DNA from: Malacoraja senta
Taxonomy: Eukaryota
Direction of reading: 5' to 3'
NCBI GenBank assembly: GCA_038087875.1
Contig: CM075988.1
Location: forward strand, 7,070,001 to 7,134,000
Length of the DNA: 64,000 nucleotides
Positions 38,270 to 49,947 of this stretch are shown here, in pieces. Made by a program: the position numbers and the translations under genes. The notes beneath the pieces were generated by a model. It worked only from the letters and a program-made list of their open reading frames with translations. It ran no database searches and was not told where the DNA came from. The stretch's first letter is position 1. Every line of letters begins with the position of its first letter.

Positions 38270-40778
38270 GTATGTTTGTGTTGAGTGGACATGTAGACTT
38301 TTCAGGCTGAGGGCACATTGCAAAGGACAACTAATTGGAGGAGGGATTGGGGCCTCTGCAGAGCTAAATCTGCAGAGCAAATAAAAGCAATTTACTTCAA
38401 AAAATTAGTATTTAAACAGCTGGGAAACAGCAGCAACTCTTCCCCATAAAAGCAGGGTGTATTTATCTACAGTAAAAATTGTTAGGCGGCACAGTGGTAT
38501 AGTGGTACAGCTGCTGCCTTGCAGCACCAGAGACCTGGGTTCGATCCTGATTACGGGTGCTATGTGGGTTTTTTCCGGGTGCCTTGGTTTCCTCCCACAC
38601 TCCAAAGAGGTTCAGGTTTGTAGGTTAATTGGCTTCGGTAAAATTTCTAAATTGTCCCTAGTGTGTAGGATAGTGTTAGTGTACAGAGTGATCGCTGGTC
38701 GGTGCAGACTCGGTGGGCCGAAGGATCTGTTTCCGCACTGTGTCTCTAAAGTCTAAAGTAAAGTCTAAAGGGTGGAGAATGATTATATTCAAATATATGC
38801 ATTGTTGAAATGAATAATGGCAGTAACACTACCAAACTTAAAGGAGATGCAAAATAGGTAACTCAGCAGGTCTGACAGTATCTCTGAAAAACATGGATAG
38901 GTGACGTTTTGGGTTGGGCAGGCTGGGGGAGGGGAGTGGAGAGCTGGAAGGGAGGAGGGACAGGACACCTGGTGAGTGATGGGTGGATACAGTTGTTTTT
39001 TTGATAGGCAGATGGTTGGACAAAGATCAGAGATGAAAAGACAAAATGTGTGATCCCGGGAGAGGAGATCTGAGAACTGAATCTAGAGAAAGGGATATAG
39101 GTAGAAGGGGGGTGCGAGAGGCGAGGTGGGGCTCAGGAAAAAAGGAGGGAGGGGCTTTGGGGATTGTTTGCTGGTTAGTTACCTAAAATCAGGGAATTCT
39201 GTGTTCATACCATTTGGTTGTAAGCTCCCCAAGTGGAATATGAGGTGCTGTTCCTCCAGCTTTTTGTCTCCATCTCTATGAAAAAAAATAGCGGTGTTTT
39301 AATCTTCAAGTTTAAAAAAAAAAATAAGGAGCATGAATGGATCACCAGACTACTTGAGCCTGCCCCAAACCATCATGGATGATCTACACAGACCTCAACT
39401 TCTCTTCTGTAACAGTTCCCCATAACTCTCAATTCCCTGAATTTTCAATTATTTGATTACCTGAACTGTAACTACTCCTGGTGATCATTGCCTCTGTGCT
39501 GTTGAGGGCTCTGAGTTCAGCGGGAAGAACAGATTACGTTCAATTGGTGCCTGTTGGCCTCGTAAGACCATAAGACACAGGAGCAGAATTGGGCCATTTG
39601 GTTAATCAAATCTGCTCCACCACTTGATCATAGTTCATCAATTTTTCCCTCTCGACCCCATTCTCTGCCTTCTTCCCTGAAAACTTTGATAGGTTCTTGA
39701 TTATTAAGGGTGTTAATTTCCTCTTTAAAAATACCCAATGACTTCCACAGATTCACTACCCTCTGGTTAAAGACATTCCTCCTCCTCTCCATGTCTCTTC
39801 ATCTCAATGACTTTCCAAGGCAGAGAATCTGAAACCAAAGAGAATGATGACGGACGGAGACCGAAGGCAGAGTTCGGAGTGGGATGGAATATTGCAAGTG
39901 CTCTGTTTTCATTACCACAGACTCCATTTCCTTCAGCCACCTACATAATCATGAATATCAGCATAGAGCCTGGCCCAGTCTTTGATCGGGGATGTACATT
40001 TCACAGCCATGCTGCTCAGTGAGAAAAATTCTGCAATATTCTGATTTAAATCATCAATCCATGACAATATTCTTTACACTTAAATTTTTAGCTTTACAGT
40101 CCCATTCTTGCAATGGAATGAAATCTTGTAAAGAAATCCAGTTTTCTTTTGCCACACTTATTAATCCTTTTTAATTCATCATACTTTCACTATATGCCTC
40201 TTTAAAAACACTACTGAGCTCCTAAACAAGCATAGACGTTTCCCCATCTGTTTACACTGAGTATTTCACCATTCACATTTTCCTTCAAACTCTCAGGAAT
40301 GTGGCAGTTTCTTCGGTAGTTTTCCATTTAGGTGCTGGGAGGAGTGGCGTGGTTGGTTTTAATATTGTATATGCGTGTATCAAGATGTAATGAAAAGCTA
40401 TGCTCTGGGTGCTATTGAGGCAAATTGCAGCATATATGATGCTTAAAATGCCAGAGTAACTCAGCGGGTCAGGCGACATCTCTGGAGAAAACAACTAGGC
40501 GGCTTTTCAGGTCGGGGCCAATCTTCTGGCTGAAGAAGTGATATTTCGGGTCAGGACCCTTAAGATGACTTATGTCCGGACCTGAAACATCACCTATCCA
40601 TGTTCTCCAGAGATGCTGCCTGACCTGTTGATTTTTCCAACATTTTGTCTGTCTTTGGTATAAGCCAGCATCTGCAATCCCTTGTTATTTTATACCATAC
40701 AGGAAGTGTGTTCTTGGTATTAATTTCCCACAATTTTGAGATGTGAAGGTTGTTCACTGTCTCTTTCTATCCATGAAG

Positions 40779-40864
40779 GTGGGATTCTGGCTGGAATCAT
40801 CTCTGATTACACCGGTGGAAGGGCCACCACATGCTGGGTTATGTTGATCCTGGCTGCTCCTATG
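40779..40864 (+). CDS. SLC37A2: SLC37A2 exon 12 (GGILAGIISDYTGGRATTCWVMLILAAPM)
   Basis: Acceptor catgaag| (AAG type), donor ATG|gtaaga. Confidence 0.93.
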
Positions 40865-41985
40865 GTAAGAATAGTTTGTTTTGGGGCAGGGTGGGGGTGG
40901 GGTGGGGGGGGGTGGGTGGGTGGCGGTGGGGGGGGGGGGGGGGAATACAGGATGAAGAAATTTGTCAAAGCAGCTAATTTACATTAAAAATCTCTGCTTC
41001 CTCCAGTTACACTGACTTTAACACCGAACCCACTGCTATTTACCAAGTGCACTATAAAACTGCCTGTCCAACACATATTTGGGTCTTGTCAATAGAGTTA
41101 CATGACTGGAAAGAAAATGGTCCAACCCATCAGGTTTAGTGGGATATATGCTAAACACCAGCAGGTGATGCTAGTGTAGATGGGCTATCTTGGTTAGTAT
41201 TTGCATGTTGGGCCGAAGGGCCTGTTTCTGTGCTCTATGACTGACTCTATCACATCACATGATGAATGAAGGATATTCTAGATCGGTAACGTTGAATGCA
41301 CCTGAACTGTGTTCTTTTTTTGTAGAATTAAATGAGTTAGGGTGGCATTGGTGTAACAGTGTGTGCTGAAGCGTCTATTTCCACGCTGTATCTTTTTGTG
41401 ACTCTATAAAGCTCCTCCATGCTTCTCTAGAGGGCATTGGACCATAGGCCCAACTCCTTTGGACCTGACCCCAGAGGAAAGACCCAATGGTCTTAAATAT
41501 TCAGGCTGAAAATGTGTCCAAAATGTGAACCAGTGTATAGAAACAAAGTCTGTGATATTATACCGTAAGGTACATGAAAACGTAAACAGTAAGTGAAATG
41601 TCGTGTACTTTGATCCATGTCCTGGCCCAGGTTCCTTTATAATTTGGGCCAGTGTGCAATGTGAGAATTGGACTACCAAAGGGTGTCACCTGCTCATTGT
41701 CCCATACTCTTGAATAGTATTGGACAGTGTCAGTTGTGTTGCATTGTGCTCGATGAAGCACTGACAGCTGCTCAGGTGAAATCTTCTTGACAAGAATGAC
41801 ATAATGGGGAATTCATGGTGGATTTAGAAAATATCTTGTTAATTGGAAACCTGGATATTTGGATTTTTTTATTTGCCTAAAATGCATACTGAGTGGTTGG
41901 AAATAGGGATTTGTCTTTAGTGTCATGATGAACCCAAGAATTTCAAATCAAATCCCACTAGAACTTAAATGGCCTAAAAACCTAA

Positions 41986-42392
41986 AGAGCCTGTCCCACT
42001 TAGGCGATTATTTAGGCGACTATGATGTCGCCACATGATCGCCGGGGTATCGCCTGTATGGTCGTGAGTAGTCTCCTAAAGTCGCCCAAAGAGTCGTAGC
42101 GTCTTTCTGGTCGCCGCTGGATTTTCAACATGCTGAAAATTTTCGCCAACAGTGGGTTTGACGGCAATGAGCGTAGCTTGACGTGGGTGCTGTCGTAGGT
42201 TGTCGCCAGGATGGCATAGCTTATCACCAGGTAACGTAGGTTGTCGCCGGTGCTGACTTTGGTGAATTCCATTGTCGTATTCGCCGGCAGTCGCCTAAAA
42301 AATCGCCTAACGGCGCTGTTTTTTCAGCGACCTGCTACAACTATGACAGTCGCCGGCAGTCGCCTAAAAATCGCCTAAGTTGGAAAGGCCCA
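41986..42392. mobile_element. PIF/Harbinger-type MITE with GTCGCC-rich interior
   Basis: TIRs GCCTGTCCCACTTAGGCGATT / AATCGCCTAAGTTGGAAAGGC; ~30-nt subterminal segment duplicated at ~42281 and ~42350. Confidence 0.72.
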
Positions 42393-42435
42393 TTACAACC
42401 GCAGTGCTCATGTCACTTTTCCTTTCTCCTTTCAG

Positions 42436-42484
42436 CTCTTCCTTTATAACTATATTGGGAAAAATGGACTTGCCACAATTATCG
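42436..42484 (+). CDS. SLC37A2: SLC37A2 exon 13 (LFLYNYIGKNGLATII)
   Basis: Acceptor cctttcag|, donor G|gtgagt. Confidence 0.93.
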
Positions 42485-44510
42485 GTGAGTTGGAAGACAA
42501 GGTGACATGTTTTTGAATCCGTCCATTTTTGAATCGTATGATTTTGCTTTAATAATTTGCATTTGGTAATTTCTAAGAAATAGAAACCCAGAAATTTGTG
42601 GTGTGTGAACAAATTTTATTCTTATTTGGAATGGGCCAGTGCACTGATGTGCTGTTTACCACTTCCTGTGCTAGTGAGGCATTTGTATTATTAGATTTTA
42701 TTGTGAGTGGATCTGTACCCTTTTACTCATCGAATACATCTACTGATGTGTATAGAATGAGACAGCCCAAAACCATTATTGTGCTTAAAATCTCCTCCAT
42801 ACTTGCAGGATTCCCTTCCTCTCCACCTTCCTTCCTTCATTATCAGGTTCCACTACTCGCACCCTTTGTCTTCTCCACTTATCAGTATTTTGGCCGTGAT
42901 GAGGTCGGTGCTGGCACACGCCTTCATGAGTCAAGAGTGTTTTATTGTCATATGTCCCAGATAGAACAATGAAATTCTTACTTGCACAACAGAACATGTA
43001 AACATAGTACACTGTATAGATAAACACACATGTACGCACAATAATAGTGCAGCAATAACAATAATAGTCTGTAGTTCCGAGCTTATTTGAGGTTGTGGTG
43101 TTTAATAGCCAAATTGGCTGTAGGGAAGGGTTACGGACGGCTTCCTGTGTCAGAATGTTGCATTCAGGCACGTTCCAAGGCTCTGGACTATGTGTTGAGT
43201 CACTGACCCATTCCACCACCATGACTCTCTGAGTGACTGGATATAAAGCCCTCTCACATTACTTGAGCAATGTCTGGGAAAGGACAGTTGATGTCTCGAT
43301 GATCTCATGTAAATCCTATAAGTGAATGGAAGGAGATGTCTTGTACTATGGTTGGGGATTCCACTACGTTAACAATCCAGTGTTGCCTGAGGTAGTACTA
43401 TGCTGCTTTGGATGTTCGTCTTTCAATTAGACGTTAAACCAGGACCCTGTCTGATGAAGGGTGCCGACCCGATACAGCACCTATTGCTTTCCTCCAGAGA
43501 TGCTGCTTGACCCACTGAGTTACTCCAGCATTTTGTGTCTATCTTCGGTGTAAACCAGCACCTGCAGTTCGTTCTTGCACACCCTGTCTGTTCTCCTGGC
43601 TTTGGCATGAAACATCCATGAATTCTGATTCTGATTAGTTTATTGTCATATAGACTGGGATGCAGCTAAATTCCTTGTTCGCATGAAGCTCATCGCGTAA
43701 ACGGTATACATACATAATTGTAAATGTAACAATAAGGGCAAAACAACAAAACAGTGCAAAATTGTGGTGTACTCTAAAGTAATGCTAAAAGTTAAAGTTC
43801 AGTAATGGAATAACTGAATATATGCAGGTGTTAAGAGTGCATGGCAGAATCTCTGGGGAAAGGGGTGTGAAAGAGATGATTGATTCAGGAGTCTGATGGC
43901 AGTGGGGGAGAAGCTGTTCTTAAGTCTGGTCATCTGGGCTTTCGGGCTACTGTATCTTCTCCCAGAAAGTAGAAGGGATAAAGGAGATACAGCCAAGGTT
44001 TCAGGCATCCTTGACAAAACCTTTTGACTTCCTTATGCAAGATGGACTGGATGGAAGTGATGGATAGGGCTGTGTTCACTGCTCTCTGCAGATTTAGGTG
44101 ATGAAGAACACGGCAGTTGCCATAGCACAGGCTAAGGTGTATCCTGTCACAATACCTGTAGTTGCGCATCTAATGGGCGCACCTTGAATACAGAAGTTGG
44201 GATGTCGTGTTACAACCACACAAGTCATTGGTGAAACTACACATGGAGTATTGTATGCAGTTATGGTCACCCAACCAGAGGAAGGATGACATTGAGCTGG
44301 AAAGTATGCATAAAGATTTGCAAGAATGTCACCGGGACTGGAGGGATGAGTTATAACAAATTGGCCATTGCCTTTTCCATATTACGCCACCAAACACTCT
44401 TTCATTCTTTGTGAAGTGCTTTCTGGTGGCCCAGCGATGATGTAATGAGACCAAATACTCCTTGCCTGCGTTTGTTTCTAAATGATGTGATTTTTGTTTT
44501 TGCCTGACAG

Positions 44511-44584
44511 GGATGTTGATCTTATGTGGAGCTCTGGTGAATGGACCATATGCACTAATCACAACTGCAGTGGCAGCTGATCTG
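44511..44584 (+). CDS. SLC37A2: SLC37A2 exon 14 (GMLILCGALVNGPYALITTAVAADL)
   Basis: Acceptor cctgacag|, donor CTG|gtgagg. Confidence 0.95.
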
Positions 44585-44775
44585 GTGAGGAGCGGGGAAG
44601 CTCTCTGTGCTGCAGGGGGTGGGGACGAGAGTGAGTCATGGTGGCTTAGTGCTAAAATAATTGCCTCCTTCCTTAACATGGGATATCTTGGAATCTGAGC
44701 TTTTTGAAAAGGAGAGTGGGGTACAAGTAATTGTGCATTAGCAATTGGGCGGCATAGTGGCGCAGCGGTAGAGTT

Positions 44776-45096
44776 CATAAAAATACGTAATGCTCATAAA
44801 AATATTTGTTTCTCTCTTTTTCCTCTTTCTCTCTCTCTTTCTTTCCTAGGGTCTATTTCTTAACTCTTTTTCTTTTGTTTTTAATTTTGTTCTTATAGGG
44901 TCTTCGTCCTTTTTTGTTGTCACATTTCCTACACTTTCACTTTTTCCTTCACTTTCTTCTTTCTTTCAATCTTTTCCTTTTCTAGTGTAAAAAATAAATG
45001 GAGTTCATTAATTGTAAGAAGATATAAATGACGAGTACTAATGTATGTGGTTGTAATGTAATGTACTTCTAATAAATAAAATAAAATTTAAAAAAA
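44776..45096 (+). mobile_element. L1 3' UTR fragment with poly(A) tail and 36-bp flanking direct repeat
   Basis: T-rich UTR ending acttctaataaa + A tail, like 13946-13980; 44740-44775 is identical to 45097-45132. Confidence 0.8.
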
Positions 45097-45437
45097 AGCA
45101 ATTGGGCGGCATAGTGGCGCAGCGGTAGAGTTGCTGGCTTACAGTGCCAGAGACCCGGGTTCGATCCTGACTACGGGTGCTGTCTGTGTGGAGTTTGTAC
45201 ATTCTCCCTGTGACCGTGGGATTTCTCTGGGTGCTCTGGTTTCCCTCCCAAGCTGGAGGTTAATTGGCTTTGATAAAAATTGTAAATTCTCCCTTGTGTG
45301 TAGGATTGTGCTAGTGTACTTGATTAGTCAACAGGGACTCAGTGGGCCGAAGGGCCTGTTTCCACACTGTATCTCTAAAGTCATAAACAAAGAGGATGTC
45401 ATAATAAGTGGAACTGTGGTTGTGATCTTGTCTCCAG

Positions 45438-45516
45438 GGAACTCACAAGTGTCTGAAAGGAAATGCCAAAGCTTTGTCGACTGTTACCGCAATCATCGAT
45501 GGAACAGGCTCTATTG
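45438..45516 (+). CDS. SLC37A2: SLC37A2 exon 15 (GTHKCLKGNAKALSTVTAIIDGTGSI)
   Basis: Acceptor tctccag|, donor G|gtgagt. Confidence 0.95.
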
Positions 45517-48441
45517 GTGAGTCTGTAGTTAACTAGTAACGTGGCCAACTTTTGTCCAGTTCTGCTGACAAGGATGAGAGCTAATTTTTTTTTAATGAAT
45601 TCCATAAGCTAATCATTTTAAACTTTTGCTTTTAAGTACTTTTTACCTCTGGTATTTTGTGTGATCTTATCGATGTGGTCTACTTTAACATATTTCCTAT
45701 TACTTTACTCAGAGTTATACGGTTTTAAAAATAGCCCATCTTATAATTCTGTTATGAAAGTAGTTATGTTTATGTCAGCCAATGAAGATACTGTCCATTA
45801 AGTTAAATTACTTTATGGTAGAATTATGGAATGGTTACAGTACAGAAGTGGGCCATTCGGCCCTTCATGCCTGCACTAGTTCTAGTTCCACCCACTGGTC
45901 TTTTCTCAGAAGCCTTGCAAATTATTCTCAGCAAGTATTTATCCAATTCTCCCTTGGGTCACCAAGGAACCTCCATCACCTCTTCAGGCAGTGCATTCGA
46001 GTCTGTAAAAAAATCTAGTCGGAGCATAAAAACAAGTTTTCCTCAAAACCAATGAGATTTGTGACAGTAGTAAGGAAATTATTGGAGAAAATACAAGGAT
46101 AGAATTTTTGTTTATTTCGAGAAGTGGGGCTGATCAATGATGGTCAGCATGGCTTTGTTGGGGAGAAATCGTGCCTGACCAATTTGCTGGGGTTTTCTAC
46201 ACTGTACAACTGAATCTATTAATCCCTCAACCTTTTTTGTTTTATACCTATGACCTCTGGTCCTTCACCCGAGGTCTATTTCTTAATGTGTTTGGTGAAG
46301 GGAATTTGCAGATTATACAAGGTACAGGTTGTGAACCAGAGGGGAAATGTATAAAAGAGGATATAAACATATACGCTCAAAAGTTAAATGAGTGAAGGGA
46401 CTTTATTGGACTAAAGATGGACACAAAGTGATGGGATAACTCAGCAGGTCCAGCAGCATCTCAGGAGAAAAAGGGCAGATGACATTTTGGGTCAAGACCC
46501 TTCTTCAGACTGGTCCTTGGTCTGAAGAAGAGTCCTGACCCAAAACATCACCTACCTTTTTCTTCGTGGATGGTGCCTGACCTGTTCAGTTGCACCAGCA
46601 CTTGTGTCTATCTTTGTTATAAACTGGCATCTGCAGTACTTTTGTCATTTCACTCATTGTACGTGAAATTTGAAATGGAGAATTGGTTCTTCTGCCTGGA
46701 TGGCCAGCTCTGCTGGGGATGTTTGAGTTCAAACCTGGTCTGAAAAGGAACCTATAGCCTGAATTGTACTCCATACAGCCCCACAGTACGCCTGTTGCAT
46801 TTGCTTATTGTATCTGCATTGTCCCCATGAAAGAGCTAATAGTCAAATCTAATAGTCAAATCTAAAATGGAGTCATTCTTCCACAAAAGCATGGACTAGT
46901 AGAACAAAAGAATGGCTCGATGCCAAGTCTGAATGACTTTGTAAATTATATGAAACAAAATATGGAGGACAGGTTGTCTTTTCAATAACGACATTAAGAT
47001 GGCAGCCTGCAGTAATAACATGTGCTTCTTCAAGGCCATAAAGAAGCCAAGTTTGAAAAAAATAGCTGACGCTCCAGAGATAAGTAATAACTTGTCATTG
47101 GATGAGCTCGATTTGGACCCAGCTTTCCTATATTGTGAAAGGCTACAGAATCTTTCAGTCATGCCATATTCATACTTGGTAGGAGTGTTTTACTAATAAG
47201 AAAAATGTATAATTGTGCTAACTCTCCATTGTTCTGTGAGTGGGAACACGAGAAGCACTGAGCAATGTTTGTGCTCATTGTAATCTCGCCACTTCCGTCT
47301 GACGATTGGATTAAAGATTGCCATGGTCTACCTTAAACGGTTGTTGCTAACTACGTTTTAAGAAATGAACTTTCACACCCAGTACCTTGCTAGACATTGT
47401 CACAGGAGTGACAAAACCATGAGAGGAATAGATTGGGTAAACACAGTCTTTTGCCCAGAGTTGGGGAATCAAGAACCAGAGGACATAGGGTTAAGGTGAG
47501 GGGGGAAGATTTAATAGGAACCTGAGGGGTAACATTTTCACACAAAAGTTGATGGGTATATGGATCAAGCTGCCAGAGGAGATAATAGAGGCAGGTACAA
47601 TCACAACGTTTAAAAAACGTTTAGACACTTACATGGATAGGATAGGTTTGGATGGATATGGGCCAAACACAGGCAGGTGGGACTAGTGTAGATGGGACAT
47701 GTTGGTCAGTGTAGGCAAGTTGGGCCGAAGGGCCTGTTTCCGTGCAGTATGACTCTATGAGTGGCCATCAGTCTGTGGCTCCAGACCCCGAGTCTCTGCT
47801 CCTGACAATCTTGATGGTCTTTGACAGCTTTCGTGTTGTCTCTCAAGGTCAGAGAAGCAGAAAAACGGATGAAGTACATCGAGAGTTAATAATTTGAAAT
47901 GTTTAGTTAATTGTCATGTGTACCGAGGTACAGTGAAAAGCTTTTCCGTTGCATGCTAGCCAGTCAGCGGAAAGACTATACATGATTACAATCAAGCTGT
48001 CCACAATGTTCACATACAGGATGAAGGGAATAATGTTTAGAGCAAGTCTAAATGTGTAAATTGATCAAATACAAGAATTAAATAAAAGAAGGAAGAAAAC
48101 ACCAGCTACTTTTCTTGGCAGATGAGCCCATTCATAACATCAGAGTGCTAGAGTAACTCAGCAGGTCAGGCAGCATCCCTGGAAAAATTGGATAGATCAG
48201 AACCCTTCCTCAGACTGGAAAGGTTATCTATCCATGTTCTCCACAGAATCTGCCTGACCTGCTGAGTTACTCCAGTACTTTGGGTCTTTTTTTGTAAACC
48301 AGCATCTGCCGTTCTTTGCTTCTACATTTTGGTTCATAATGTCGTTCATGGAAGCAGTCAAGTCATCCTTGTCCAGTCTGGTCTGTGTGGCTCCAGACAG
48401 ATCAATATGATCTCTCATTTCCCTTTCCCATGTCTTTCAGT

Positions 48442-48469
48442 CTGAAGAAGGGTCTCGACCCGAAACGTC
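48442..48469 (+). ncRNA. Minimal type I hammerhead ribozyme core, Penelope-associated
   Basis: CUGAAGA-A-GGGU(CUCG)ACCC-GAAA-C-GUC. Intact cores also on the minus strand at 3446-3473, 20379-20406 and 21516-21543. Confidence 0.7.
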
Positions 48470-48706
48470 ACCCATTCCTTCTCTCCAGAGATGCTGCCTG
48501 TCCCGCTGAGTTACTCCAGCTTTTCGTGTTTATCTTCGGTTTAACGCAACATCTACAGTTCCTTCCTACTCAATGAGGTTATCATTTAAGGATGGGCTGA
48601 CAGTGCTGGGGCAAATCCCATAAGCAAGTAGTTTTATAAGTTGTCCTATCTGCTGACTGTGAGGTGTAGGTGAGACTGATTATTCTCTCTGTTTGTTGAT
48701 CTCCAG

Positions 48707-48798
48707 GTGCTGCGTTAGGACCCCTGCTGGCAGGAGTTCTCAGTGATTGGAATTACGTGTTTTACATGTTAATCACGTCCGACCTTTTGGCCTGTCTG
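48707..48798 (+). CDS. SLC37A2: SLC37A2 exon 16 (GAALGPLLAGVLSDWNYVFYMLITSDLLACL)
   Basis: Acceptor atctccag|, donor CTG|gtacgt. Confidence 0.95.
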
Positions 48799-49882
48799 GT
48801 ACGTCACTGTATCTGCTCCCGTTTAGTCGAACAAAAAAAAACTTGTAATTAAAAGCAAAATGCTGGGAACCTAAGCAGTTGGGTTTCTGACAAAAGATCT
48901 TCATCCTAAAGCATTCGCTCTGCTTCCCTTTCCACAGATGCTGCCTGACCTGCTGAGTGGATTTTATTTCAGATTTTCAGCATCTGCTGTTTATTTTAGA
49001 TTTCTTGTTTTTTACAGCACTCCACCTCCAGTGAAATGTAATTTTAGTTCCATTCACTGTGCCAGGTCCTTGATCTTAGACTGAGAGTAACATTGAACCA
49101 TGGGCAGATAGTCAATTGGATCCCAGACTGGGAATTTTCTGTTAAAGAGTGGTAATTTTGCCAGTGAAATTAAAGACCTGGGTAGAGTGTATGTTTCCAC
49201 CAGTGGGAGTGTCCTGGACCAGAGGGCAGCATTGTGGCGCAGTAGAGTTGCTGCCTTACAGAGTCAGAGTCTGGTTTCGATCCTGACTGCAAGTGCTGCC
49301 TGTACAGAGTTTATACCTTCTCCCCGTGACCTGCATAGGTTTTTTTCTGGGATCTCTGGTTTCCTCCCACACTCCAAAGACCTACAGGATTGTAGGCTGA
49401 TTGGCTTGTTATATTTGTAAATTGTCCTGAGTATGGAGGATAGTGTTAAGGTGTGGGGATCGCTGGTCAGCGCGGACTCGGTGGGCTGAAAGCCCTGTTT
49501 CTGCACTGTATCTCTAAACTTAAGTAAACTGAAGGGCGCAGCCTCCGAATAAAAGGACATACCTTTAGAAGAGATGAGTGGGAATCGCTTAGCTAGAGGG
49601 TAGTGAATCTGTGGAATTCATTGCCACGATGGCTGTGGAGGCCAAGTCAGTGGGTATTTTCAAAGCAGCAATTTATTGGTATGGGTGTCAAAGGTTACGG
49701 GGAGAATGGAGATGAGAGGAAAGACAGATCAGCCACGATTGAATGGCGGAGCAGACTCGATTGGCCGACTGGCTTCATTCTACTCCCATGACTTATGAAC
49801 TTATGAATTTGGGGTTTCATCCCGATGGAAGTTTGAGCAAAACAATTTATTAATCTGTCTCTTCAACTTTCTTTTCCAACAG

Positions 49883-49947
49883 TTATTGAGCAGATTGGTA
49901 TACAAGGAGATCCAGGGCTGGTGTGGAAGTCAGCCGAGGACACGAGG
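49883..49947 (+). CDS. SLC37A2: SLC37A2 exon 17 (LLSRLVYKEIQGWCGSQPRTRG)
   Basis: Acceptor ttccaacag|, donor GG|gtaaga. Confidence 0.93.
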
